From Candidatus Brocadiia bacterium (GTDB taxonomy: Bacteria; Planctomycetota; Brocadiia; CAIUPP01), in contig JBEKCB010000006.1 of the NCBI GenBank assembly GCA_050015075.1, positions 15,811 through 79,810 on the forward strand: a stretch of 64,000 bases of DNA, given 5' to 3'. Made by a program: the position numbers and the translations under genes. The notes below the pieces were generated by a model. The model was not told the DNA's origin, searched no databases, and saw only the letters and a list, made by a program, of their open reading frames with translations. Shown one piece after another: positions 31,066-40,156 of the stretch. Within the stretch, counting starts at the first letter, position 1, and the number at the start of each line of letters is the position of its first letter.

Positions 31066-31845
31066 GTGCTCTCGGTCAAGAACGTCAGCGCCGGATACGG
31101 CCGGAAGCTCGTGGTGCGCGATGTGACGATGCGCGTGGCCGAAGGCGAGTTCGTCGGGCTGATCGGCCCGAACGGCTCCGGCAAGACCACCCTGCTGCGC
31201 GTCATCAGCGGCGTGCTGGCGCCGTCCGAGGGCGAGGTGCTGCTCCGCGACGCCCCGCTCCGGACGATCGGCAAGCGGCGGCTGGCGCAGATGATGGCCT
31301 GCCTGCCGCAGGAGCTGGCCTCGGACCTGGCGTTCACGGTGCGGGAGATCGTGCTGATGGGGCGCTCGCCGCATCTTTCTAGGATCGGCCGCGAGACGCG
31401 GCAGGATTCCGAGGCGGCCGAGAAGGCGATGGCGCTGGCGGACATCGCGGACATCGCGGACCGTTTCATGACCGAGATCAGCGGCGGCGAGCGCCAGCGC
31501 GCGTTCATCGCGATGTGCCTGGCGCAGGAGCCGCAGATCCTGCTGCTCGACGAGCCGACGAGCCACCTGGACGTCGGCCACCAGTTGTCGCTGCTCGACC
31601 TGGTCAAGCGGCTGAACCGCCGGAGCGGAATGACCGTCGTCGCGGTCTTCCATGACCTGAACCTCGCCTCTGAGTACTGCGACCGGCTGCTGCTGCTCCA
31701 CCAGGGCCGCGCCGAGGCGCTCGGCTCGCCGCAGGAAGTCCTCACGGCGGAAATCATCCGGCGGGTCTACCAGGCCAAAGTCCTCACCGAGCCGAACCTC
31801 GTCTCCGGCAAACCGCACATCGTCATCTCCGCCGGGACAGACTAA
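31066..31845 (+). CDS. btuD: ABC transporter ATPase (BtuD/FepC-like)
   Basis: GGAGG RBS then GTG. Walker A GPNGSGKTTLL. Signature SGGERQRAFIA. Walker B ILLLDEPTSHLD. The ORF-track start at 30598 is an extension inside btuC. Confidence 0.8.
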   Translation: MLSVKNVSAGYGRKLVVRDVTMRVAEGEFVGLIGPNGSGKTTLLRVISGVLAPSEGEVLLRDAPLRTIGKRRLAQMMACLPQELASDLAFTVREIVLMGRSPHLSRIGRETRQDSEAAEKAMALADIADIADRFMTEISGGERQRAFIAMCLAQEPQILLLDEPTSHLDVGHQLSLLDLVKRLNRRSGMTVVAVFHDLNLASEYCDRLLLLHQGRAEALGSPQEVLTAEIIRRVYQAKVLTEPNLVSGKPHIVISAGTD

Positions 31846-32276
31846 AGTTGCTTTCATGCCCCGGAATTATTACAAGGCGTTTCAAACACGGCTGACCAAA
31901 TCGGTCCTGCGATAAACCGCTCAGAATCGTCGTTTCCGTCAGGAATATCCCCACCTACTCAATTACCCGTGTTGAATTCTCTCAACATAGGGGATTCTCC
32001 TATGTTCGTCTAGGTTTTTCCTCTATTCGGCGTCAATCAGGGTCCGTTTGGTGTAGGGGCAGCGCAACACTCCCTCATTCCGCATTAAGACCACGATCTG
32101 CGAGATAGCACCGTGTTTATAGGCCAACACTATGGTTGTGGTGAAGGCAGCAGTCTCGGCATAGCATTTGCTGAACCAAAATTGAGCAGATTGGCCAATC
32201 CTTACCGCCAAGGATATGGCAACATCTTGTGCGCACTGAACTTGCGCCTATTCTTTGGAAAGGGAGGATTTTGCCG

Positions 32277-32939
32277 ATGCGCAGATTATGTCTCACGCTT
32301 TCGGTTGCAGCTCTCCTCAGCCTCATTGGCCGGTCGTCGTTCGCAACAAGCATCTTCGTCGAGAGCGATGCATCAACCCTTTGTGCCGCGGTGTCCTCCG
32401 GGGTGCCGACAACCGCGGAGCTTACGAAACTCAACGGCGGAAACACGGCCGGCCTGACGTTCCACACGGTCTTTCCAGGCGCGCAAGGGACGTTCACGCC
32501 TGTGCCGCCTGGCGCTCCGGCCGGCACTGAAGTCGTCAGCATCCCTCTCATCGTGTCGAGCGTGAGCCCGAGCGGTTTCTTCGAAGTTACCTTTGACCTG
32601 CCGAGCGTGTTCGAGGACGTTCAACTGACAGGCGTCGCCAACGCCGACGACAAAGGCCGGGCCTTCTTGAACGGCCACGCCATTTCCCCCGCGTTGTCCG
32701 CCACCGGTCACATTGACGAATTCGATAACGTTGGTTTCTCGACCTCCGACGCCTCTTACTTCGAGCCGGGTGAAAACGTCCTGCTCATCGCCGACGACAA
32801 CACAGGCGGCCCAAGTGGTGTAGCTTTTTATGCCGACATCACCTACAACACGGTTCCTGAGCCGGCGACGATGACGCTGTTCGGGCTGGGACTTGCCGGG
32901 CTGATCGGCCGCCGGATACGCCGGAGCAGCGGCAGGTAA
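32277..32939 (+). CDS. PEP-CTERM sorting-domain secreted protein
   Basis: RBS AAGGGAGGA then ATG. Signal peptide MRRLCLTLSVAALLSLIG. C-terminal VPEPATMTLFGLGLAGLIGRRIRR (PEP motif + TM + basic tail). Confidence 0.6.
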   Translation: MRRLCLTLSVAALLSLIGRSSFATSIFVESDASTLCAAVSSGVPTTAELTKLNGGNTAGLTFHTVFPGAQGTFTPVPPGAPAGTEVVSIPLIVSSVSPSGFFEVTFDLPSVFEDVQLTGVANADDKGRAFLNGHAISPALSATGHIDEFDNVGFSTSDASYFEPGENVLLIADDNTGGPSGVAFYADITYNTVPEPATMTLFGLGLAGLIGRRIRRSSGR

Positions 32940-33207
32940 GCGACCTTCGTTCTTTCGATGTGCGCCTTCTCGCGCCGCGCGATGTTCCACAGGAATATCG
33001 CGCGGCGCTTTTTTGTCGGCGAGTATTCCGGGTAAATAATACATCTCTTGTCAACCTTGCAAAGGTTTGTATGAACCTTCGCAAGTTTTTCCATTTTGTG
33101 CCATCCTGAAGGCTGCCGCCCGTCGAGAGTCTCTCTTCGAGCCTGAGCCTCGGAGCCGCAGCGCCGAAGTTGCGGGCGAAATCCCTTCTCAGTTACAATG
33201 ATGGGCG

Positions 33208-34221
33208 ATGCGGCCTCAAGTCCCTTTGGCCGAATCCGGCCTCGTTCCAGGAGACCACGGTTTGGAGCTGTTCGGCGACTTTTCGCGCGTGCTGTTGAGC
33301 ATCCTCTTCGAGGCGCTCCCTTTCGTGCTCCTGGGATCCCTGGTCAGCGGGGTCATGGAGGTCTTCCTTCCGTCGGAAGTGCTGACGCGGATCCTGCCGA
33401 AGAACCGCTTCCTGGCCACGCTCAGCGGCGCGCTGGCCGGGCTGGCGCTGCCGATGTGCGAGTGCGGCGTGATCCCGGTGATGCGCCGGCTGATCCGCAA
33501 AGGCACGCCGCTCAATGTCGCCCTGGCTTACATGCTCGCCGCGCCGGTGGTCAATCCGATCGTCATCCTCAGCACGATGGTCGCTTTTCGCTCGATGCGG
33601 CCGCTGACCGTGACGGGATTGCGCATGGGCATGGGCCTGGTCATCGCCATGATCACCAGCGGCGTCGTGACGATGTTCGCGGGAACGAAGGCGCACACGA
33701 TCGAACTGAAGGCGCCGGCGGCCGCGCGGCCGTCGTGGCGGCAAGGATCGCGCGAGGCGCTCGGTCACGCGGGCCGGGACTTCATCGAGATCGGCGCGTT
33801 CCTGGCGATCGGCGCGGCGATTTCCGCGGCGCTGAACGTCCTCGTCGAGCGCAAGATCGTCGTCCAGTTCGCCGGTCAGAACGTCATGGCGACGGTGACG
33901 ATGATGGCCATGGCGCTCGTCCTGAACCTGTGCAGCGAGGCGGACGCGTTCGTGGCGTGGAGCTTCCGCGATTTCTCGATCTCCAGCCGGCTGGCGTTCC
34001 TGGTCCTCGGGCCGATACTCGACATGAAGCTCATCGCCATGTACACGCGCGTCTTCCGCCGGCGGACGATCCTGATCCTGTGCGCGTGCAGCGTGGCGCT
34101 GGTCTTCACGGCGACCATGCTGCTCAGCAACCTCTGGCCCGAACTCGCCAAGCCGAGCCCGCTGACGGACGCCGCCCGGCAGGCGCAACAGCAGCAGCCG
34201 GCGCAGAGGTTGCAGCCATGA
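33208..34221 (+). CDS. DUF318-family permease
   Basis: Polytopic membrane protein with a paired CxC motif (…LALPMCECGVIPV…) typical of DUF318. It is followed, with a 4-nt overlap, by its usual TIGR03943 partner. Confidence 0.55.
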   Translation: MRPQVPLAESGLVPGDHGLELFGDFSRVLLSILFEALPFVLLGSLVSGVMEVFLPSEVLTRILPKNRFLATLSGALAGLALPMCECGVIPVMRRLIRKGTPLNVALAYMLAAPVVNPIVILSTMVAFRSMRPLTVTGLRMGMGLVIAMITSGVVTMFAGTKAHTIELKAPAAARPSWRQGSREALGHAGRDFIEIGAFLAIGAAISAALNVLVERKIVVQFAGQNVMATVTMMAMALVLNLCSEADAFVAWSFRDFSISSRLAFLVLGPILDMKLIAMYTRVFRRRTILILCACSVALVFTATMLLSNLWPELAKPSPLTDAARQAQQQQPAQRLQP

Positions 34222-35168
34222 ACCACCATACGATCCATCGCGTCGTCGGCGCCGGCCGCGTGGCGGTCATTCTCGTCTGGGCGGTCTTCCTCGCATTCGC
34301 CTGGTATACGACGAAATACCCGCACGCGGGAAAACCCGGCCGGCTGGGGATCATCAATCCCTCGTACCGCTGGCTGAGCCTGGCGTCGGCGGCGACGTTG
34401 ATCCTCGTCAGCGCCGCCCTGCTGCCGGCGCGGCGGGACGAGCATGAGCATCACCCCGGCGGCGGCTCCGACCGCGAAGGCGACCACGATCACGAAGAGC
34501 ACGAAGCCGCTTCGCCCGGCGAGCTGGTCTTCCAGGCGCTGTTCCTCGCCCCGATTGTCCTTTCCTTGTGCAGCACCGGCAGCGGGCTCAGCGGCGCCAG
34601 CCTCTCGCGGCGCGGAGTCCATGAGATCCAGTTGCCGCAACAGACTCAAATCCGCTCCGCGGCGCCGACCGCGCGCGCGCCGGCGGTCCTGGCCGAACCG
34701 ATAAAGCCTGCAGGCGCGGAATCCGAGGAAGTTCAGCCGCCGTTGTCCATGGCGGACCTCTACGAATACCTGCTCACGGGCGCGCCGGCGCAGTGGGTGG
34801 GACGGCCGGTGGACGCGATCGGCCAATACTTCGTGGACGAGCGCTGCAGCGCGAACCAGTTCGTCGTGACCCGCATCGTGGTCACCTGCTGCCTGGCCGA
34901 CGCTGAGGTGATCGGTGTGCGCGCCCAGTCGCCAGAGCTGTTCAAGCCAAGCGCCGCAGTGAATTCCTCTCAGAGACCGCAGGCGCCCGGCAAGCCGCTT
35001 GCTCGCGTGGCCAGGCTGGGGCCATGGATCGAAGTGCGCGGCAAGCTGCAGGCGTTGAACGACCGGTTCGGCAACCCGGCGCTCTTCATCGGTGACGCTA
35101 CCGTCTCAGAAGTTCCTCCGCCCGACGATATCCTGCTCTACCCGCGCCGCCGCAAAATGCCCTGGTGA
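34218..35168 (+). CDS. TIGR03943/DUF1980-family membrane protein with His-rich segment
   Basis: ATG overlaps the stop of the upstream gene. Two N-terminal TM helices. HEHHPGGGSDREGDHDHEEHE His-rich linker. C-terminal …VTRIVVTCCLADAEVIGV… (conserved CC motif). The 656-aa ORF-track entry 33198..35168 is a cross-frame artefact. Confidence 0.55.
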   Translation: MNHHTIHRVVGAGRVAVILVWAVFLAFAWYTTKYPHAGKPGRLGIINPSYRWLSLASAATLILVSAALLPARRDEHEHHPGGGSDREGDHDHEEHEAASPGELVFQALFLAPIVLSLCSTGSGLSGASLSRRGVHEIQLPQQTQIRSAAPTARAPAVLAEPIKPAGAESEEVQPPLSMADLYEYLLTGAPAQWVGRPVDAIGQYFVDERCSANQFVVTRIVVTCCLADAEVIGVRAQSPELFKPSAAVNSSQRPQAPGKPLARVARLGPWIEVRGKLQALNDRFGNPALFIGDATVSEVPPPDDILLYPRRRKMPW

Positions 35169-35191
35169 AAGCGGCGGCCGCAGATAGCACG

Positions 35192-36184
35192 CTATTCAGC
35201 CGGCCGCGCGAAACTCTCCCGAAGCATCAGGGCCGCCCCGAACAGGTAAATCGGCAGCCACGGTATCCAGCTCACCACGTGGCATGCCAGCGAACGGTCC
35301 GCGGGGACCTTGAATGCAGCCAGCAGCCCGACGAACGCCACCTGCGGCAGTCCCAGGCCGGAGAGGCCGATGGGAATCATGCTCGCGACTTCCACCGCGC
35401 ACATGATCCAGAGGATGCGGACATACCAAACCTCATTGAGGCCGACGCCCTCCGCGCCTATGGCGATCAGGCAGAACAGAGGGCCGAAGTTCGCCACGAA
35501 CATCCGCGCGACGTTGGCCGCGAGCGCGCCCAGCAGGCTCGGCCCGTGCGAGCGATAGGTCTCCAGCGATTCCAGGATTTTTCGCAGCGCGTCGTGCAGC
35601 CGATGCGGCATCAGGCCATGAAGCGACTGCACGTGAAAACGCTTGAGCCGGCCGGTGAGCCCCGTGGCGAGCATCAGCAACAAGATCAGCGTCGGGAGAG
35701 CCCCAATGATGAGCAGCGGCACGATCCAGGCGCGATGCTCCTGCGCGGCCTGCACGTCCAATGCCAGCGCCAGCGCGCCGACGCCGCAGATCGCGACGAC
35801 CTTCAGCGCCGCATTGAGCGACAGCGCCACGAACATCTGCGCGTGCAGCTTGTCCGGCCGCGCCAGCCGGTACCACGCCACCGCGCCGCCGCCCACCGTG
35901 CCCGGCAGGAACAGCGATACGAAGTTGACGACAAGCGTCGTCCTCGCCACGGCCCACCAGCCGCCGCTGAACCCGACGGGCCGGACCAGCAAGTAGAGCT
36001 TGAGCGCGTCGAGCATGATCGCGCAGACGGCGACCGGCACGGCGGCGAGCACCCACAGGTATTCCGCGCCGGCGAGCGCCGACCAGAGCCGCGAAGGCTT
36101 GGCGATGACGACCAGGCCGGCGATCATCGCCAGCACGAGGACCAGGCGCAGCCACCAGCCGACGCGCTGCCATGTCCAGCTCAC
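35192..36184 (-). CDS. UPF0104 / lysylphosphatidylglycerol-synthase-TM-like (flippase-like) membrane protein
   Basis: 8+ TM helices. The probable GTG start forms a GTGA overlap with the GT4 gene stop. The ORF-track start at 36262 lies inside GT4. Confidence 0.5.
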   Translation of the reverse strand: MSWTWQRVGWWLRLVLVLAMIAGLVVIAKPSRLWSALAGAEYLWVLAAVPVAVCAIMLDALKLYLLVRPVGFSGGWWAVARTTLVVNFVSLFLPGTVGGGAVAWYRLARPDKLHAQMFVALSLNAALKVVAICGVGALALALDVQAAQEHRAWIVPLLIIGALPTLILLLMLATGLTGRLKRFHVQSLHGLMPHRLHDALRKILESLETYRSHGPSLLGALAANVARMFVANFGPLFCLIAIGAEGVGLNEVWYVRILWIMCAVEVASMIPIGLSGLGLPQVAFVGLLAAFKVPADRSLACHVVSWIPWLPIYLFGAALMLRESFARPAE

Positions 36185-37305
36185 GAGAGGTCCTTCTTCA
36201 AAGCGATATCGCGCACGAGGCCGACAATGCGGTTGGCCTCGGACGCGCGATCTCGGAACCATGCCTGCACGCCCCGCTCGTAGGATCGCCAGGCGTCCTC
36301 ATCCGTCAACAGCATGCGCGCCGCCTCCACGAGCCGCTCGAAGTCCCCGCCGCAGACGATGCCGGCGTTCCGCTCCGCCAGCGAGCCGCCTGAATCCACA
36401 GAGAGAGAGAGAATGGGCATCCCGGCCTGGGCGGATTGGACGAAAGTCTGAGGGAAGACGCCCTCCGAGGAACTCGTCGAGACAAAGATGCGATGTTGTG
36501 CGAAGAGCGCGTTGGCCTCGTCGAAGGGCAGGCCTTCGTAGAGCATAAGATTGTCCGGCGCGCGTCTTCGCAACCGCGCGATGTCCTGGCTCGGATCGGG
36601 CTGGCAGACGAGGGTGAAGGAGTGACCCGGCAGCCGCGCTGCCAGGTCAACGAAAATGTCCGCGTGCTTGCCCACCGCGTCGCGGCCCACCCACAGCGCG
36701 CCCGCGCGCGGTCCCTCTGCCGCCGGCGGCGGTGGCGGCAACGGCGCGGGAAAGATCACCGCCGCGCGGCCATACGTGCGCCGGAGAACCTCGGCCTGCT
36801 GCGCGGTATCGCAGGAGAGCGCGCGGGCGTGACGCATGGCGAACTCGTGAAAGCGTCGGGCGAGGGGCGACAACGAGCTGTCGGGCTGGCCCGAGCATTC
36901 CTTGTCGCTGGCGCTGCGGCACATGTGCAGATGAGTTCTCCCCGCCGCAAACGCCGCGAAACTCACCAGGCCGTTGACGCCGCTGGCGCTCTGCGTGATA
37001 TACAGGTCGTGCCGCCCCGCCAGCAGGCGCCAGACCAGCCGCGCCAGTTGCGCCGCCGTGAAGTGAGGACCCGGCGACATGCGAATCACGGGGCGTATCG
37101 TCATGCCCGGTTCGCGGCGCACCGGCTGGCCGATGTCCGCCACGTAGAGCGTCACCTCGAACCCGCCCGCCTGCGCCAGAAGCCGGGCGATCTGGAGCGA
37201 CTCCAATTCCGCGCCGCCGAACGGAAATCGGCATCCCGGCTCCGTGAGGGAGCACGCGGCCAGTGAGATAATCCCAACGGAGATCGGAGAATCAGGGCGC
37301 TTCAT
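36181..37305 (-). CDS. family 4 glycosyltransferase (GT-B)
   Basis: 374 aa with a C-terminal …STSSSEGVFPQTFVQSAQAGMPILS… (E-x7-E-like GT4 region). Confidence 0.6.
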   Translation of the reverse strand: MKRPDSPISVGIISLAACSLTEPGCRFPFGGAELESLQIARLLAQAGGFEVTLYVADIGQPVRREPGMTIRPVIRMSPGPHFTAAQLARLVWRLLAGRHDLYITQSASGVNGLVSFAAFAAGRTHLHMCRSASDKECSGQPDSSLSPLARRFHEFAMRHARALSCDTAQQAEVLRRTYGRAAVIFPAPLPPPPPAAEGPRAGALWVGRDAVGKHADIFVDLAARLPGHSFTLVCQPDPSQDIARLRRRAPDNLMLYEGLPFDEANALFAQHRIFVSTSSSEGVFPQTFVQSAQAGMPILSLSVDSGGSLAERNAGIVCGGDFERLVEAARMLLTDEDAWRSYERGVQAWFRDRASEANRIVGLVRDIALKKDLS

Positions 37306-37435
37306 CTTTCGCAGGCGATCCTCTTCAGGGGCTGAAATTCATGCGTAGCGTAGGTTCCCTGGGAAAAAGAGTCAAGTGGGCGAGGTTCAGGGCCTCGCGC
37401 AAGCGGTTGCGCGCTCTCTTCTGCCGCCCGTTTGT

Positions 37436-37660
37436 CGGCTATATCCTGTCGCAGTATACTGCCGCAGGATATAGCCGCCCGCTTTAACGCGAACGGGCTT
37501 GGGGCCGCGAACGTCTTTGGCTTTCTTCGCGCTCACTGTCTCCGCTCGTCCCTCGGCTATGTTCTGTCACGGTATACCTCCGTGGAATATGGTCACCCGC
37601 TTCCGCGAAAAATGGACTTGGGGCCGCGTACCGCTCCGGCTTTCGCCGATCGGCCACGCC
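37436..37660. repeat. two tandem ~115-bp degenerate repeat units, each beginning with a long palindrome
   Basis: Unit 1 starts with the 40-bp palindrome GGCTATATCCTGTCGCAGTATACTGCCGCAGGATATAGCC, followed by …cttggggccgcg…. Unit 2 (37547-) starts ggctatgttctgtcacggtatacctccgtggaatatggtcacc, followed by …cttggggccgcg…. The array lies between the divergent GT4 and GH-like genes. Confidence 0.6.
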
Positions 37661-37853
37661 GCATGCGTTTTCCTTATCATTTCTTCAACGCCTTTCCCCG
37701 CCGGCGATCGGGGAGCGGAAGAAATGTCACAGCGGAACCGACGCATTTTACGCCCGCGCCGTTATTGTTCTTGACAGTGGGATTCACGGCGGATAGATTC
37801 CGCTGGTGTGTGTCGCTGGATTCCGAGAATAACCCGCTGCCCACGGAGGTCCT

Positions 37854-40100
37854 ATGTCAAGGATAGCCGCCTTCACCGCTTTGTTGATCCTGCTTGCGCC
37901 CTCGGCGCTGTTCGCGCAGACGCCTGAAGGCCCGGGCACGTGGGCCTTTCAGCCGGCTCGGGACGAGTTCCGGCCCGATGCGTTGCTGGACCTGCGCTCG
38001 CTCAACGAGAAACAGGCCGGCGAATCGGGGTTCGTGAAGGTGGATGCCAACGGCGATTTCGTCCTCGGCAACGGCGACCCGGTGCGGTTCTGGGCGGTCA
38101 ATACGAACGTCGGGCGCGATAAGCCGTTCCACGCCCGGCCGCTCTGGTCGGAGGCCGAGCCGGACCTGGCGCATCACGCCCGGTTCCTGGCCAAGCGCGG
38201 CGTGAACATGGTCCGGTTGCACGCGCACCTCGACCCCGGGCCCAAGGGCAAGCTGACGGAGTTCGATCGGGCCGAGCGCGACTGGATCTGGCGGGCAGTC
38301 GCCGCGATGAAGAAAGAGGGCATCTACGCGACCATCTCGCCGTTCTGGGCTGAGGGCTCCAGCGTCGGCCCGAGCTGGGGCATTCCCGGCGTGACGAAGG
38401 AGCAGAGCGCCGCCAGCCTGCTCTTCTTCGACCCGACGATGCAGGAAGGTTACCGGGCCTGGCTGAAAGCCCTCTACGCCGAGACGAACCCTTACACCGG
38501 CATCCCGCTGGCGAAGGACCCGGCGGTCGCGATCATCCAGCTTCAGAATGAGGACAGCCTGCTGTTCTGGACGTTCAACAGCATCCAGGGCGAGCAGCGG
38601 CGACGGCTCTCCAGGCTGTTCGGCGATTTCCTCAAGAGCAAATACGGCTCGCTGGACAAGGCGAAGCCGGCGTGGGGCGGCGCCGACAACAAGGATGACG
38701 ACCTCGCCGACGGCGTCGTCGCGCTGGACAATATCTGGGAACTGACCCAGGAGCGCAGCGGCGCGCGGGCCCGGCGGCTGGCCGATATGACCGAGTTCCT
38801 CAGCCGGACGATGGACGACTTCAACCGGAAGATGGAGAAATTCCTCCGCGAGGAACTCGGCTGCAAACAGCTCATCAACGCGGGCAACTGGCAAACGGCC
38901 GACATGGTCAAGCTCAACGATGCGGAGCGGTGGAGCTATACGGCCAACCAGGTGCTGGCGGTCAACCGCTATTTCGACGGGATTCATATCGGCAAAAACA
39001 ACGGCTGGGCGATCGAAAACGGAGACCAGTTCACGTCGCCCTCGGTGCTCCTCGAGCCGAGGCAACTGCCGGTCAGCCTCAAGCTGGTCAAGGGATTCCC
39101 GATGATGGTCACCGAGTCCGCCTGGGTCATGCCGGACGCGCACGCGAGCGAGGGGCCGTTCCTGGTGGCGGCTTACCAGTCGCTGTCCGGCGTGGACGCC
39201 TACTTCTGGTTCGCCACCGACACCGACGAATGGACTCCGCCGCAGTCGGCCAACGGCTACATGCCGTCGCAGGGCAAATGGCTGTTCGCCAACCCGGACA
39301 TGCTGGGCGGTTTCCCGGCGGCCGCGTTGATGTATCGCATGGGCTACGTTCGCCGCGGAGAGCCGGTGGTGCACGAGGAGCGGTCGCTGGAGAACATTTT
39401 CCAGCGGCGCGACCCGATCATCGCGGAAGGCGCCGGGTTCGATCCCAACCGCAACTCCGGGAACATCGCCCCGGACTCGTCGGTCAAGGGAGGCGTCAAC
39501 CCGCTGGCATTCCTGGCCGGCCGGGTGGAAGTCGTCTATGGCGGGCAGCCGCAGGCCAGCAAGGTGGCCGATCTGAAGCCGTTCATTGACGAACCGAACA
39601 AGGAAGTGCGCAGCGTCACCGGCGAGCTGACGTTCAACTACGGCAAGGGCTTCTGCCTGCTGAACGCGCCGAAAGCCCAGGGCGTCGCGGCGTTCTTCAA
39701 GAACCGGAAGGACTTCAAGACTGACGACGTCGAGATCGCCTCCGACAACGATTACGGAACCGTGCTCGTCGTCTCGATGGACGACAAGCCGATCCGCGAA
39801 TCCGGCAAGCTGCTCGTGCAGACGACGACGCAGTGCCGGCCGACCGGCTGGCGGGAGAAACCGGTCACGATCAAAGTGAAAGAAGGCACTTTCCCCGGCT
39901 TCGAGGTCGTCAATTTCGGCAAGGCGCCCTGGCAGGTGACGCGAGCCCGAGTCACGCTGACCATCCACAACCCCAGCCTGGCCAAGGCGACGGTGCTTGA
40001 CGCCAACGGCAATGCCGCCGGGGAAGCCAAGTTGGAGAGACGAGGCGACGAGGTCGAGTTCAGGTTTCCGGAAAACGCCTTGTACGTCATCCTCCAATGA
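37854..40100 (+). CDS. secreted TIM-barrel glycoside-hydrolase-like protein (family not determined)
   Basis: 748 aa. Signal peptide MSRIAAFTALLILLAPSALFAQ. Large domain with NED…/…VTESAW… type catalytic-like motifs, then C-terminal beta-sandwich-like regions. Confidence 0.4.
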   Translation: MSRIAAFTALLILLAPSALFAQTPEGPGTWAFQPARDEFRPDALLDLRSLNEKQAGESGFVKVDANGDFVLGNGDPVRFWAVNTNVGRDKPFHARPLWSEAEPDLAHHARFLAKRGVNMVRLHAHLDPGPKGKLTEFDRAERDWIWRAVAAMKKEGIYATISPFWAEGSSVGPSWGIPGVTKEQSAASLLFFDPTMQEGYRAWLKALYAETNPYTGIPLAKDPAVAIIQLQNEDSLLFWTFNSIQGEQRRRLSRLFGDFLKSKYGSLDKAKPAWGGADNKDDDLADGVVALDNIWELTQERSGARARRLADMTEFLSRTMDDFNRKMEKFLREELGCKQLINAGNWQTADMVKLNDAERWSYTANQVLAVNRYFDGIHIGKNNGWAIENGDQFTSPSVLLEPRQLPVSLKLVKGFPMMVTESAWVMPDAHASEGPFLVAAYQSLSGVDAYFWFATDTDEWTPPQSANGYMPSQGKWLFANPDMLGGFPAAALMYRMGYVRRGEPVVHEERSLENIFQRRDPIIAEGAGFDPNRNSGNIAPDSSVKGGVNPLAFLAGRVEVVYGGQPQASKVADLKPFIDEPNKEVRSVTGELTFNYGKGFCLLNAPKAQGVAAFFKNRKDFKTDDVEIASDNDYGTVLVVSMDDKPIRESGKLLVQTTTQCRPTGWREKPVTIKVKEGTFPGFEVVNFGKAPWQVTRARVTLTIHNPSLAKATVLDANGNAAGEAKLERRGDEVEFRFPENALYVILQ

Positions 40101-40156
40101 CGGACCGTCTCGAAGATTCAGTTGGCATGTTCGGGAATGCCATGAAATGACTTGAA

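Noticed and set aside
32023-32211. 62-aa minus-strand ORF in the btuD–PEP-CTERM spacer
   Set aside because: It has no recognisable motif, signal or RBS, and it lies in an AT-richer spacer where random ORFs are frequent. It is left uncalled.
33198-35168. 656-aa plus-strand ORF spanning both the permease and TIGR03943 genes
   Set aside because: This is an Arg/Gly/Asp-rich low-complexity translation in the wrong frame. The two real genes are in the other plus frames with hydrophobic membrane segments and conserved motifs.
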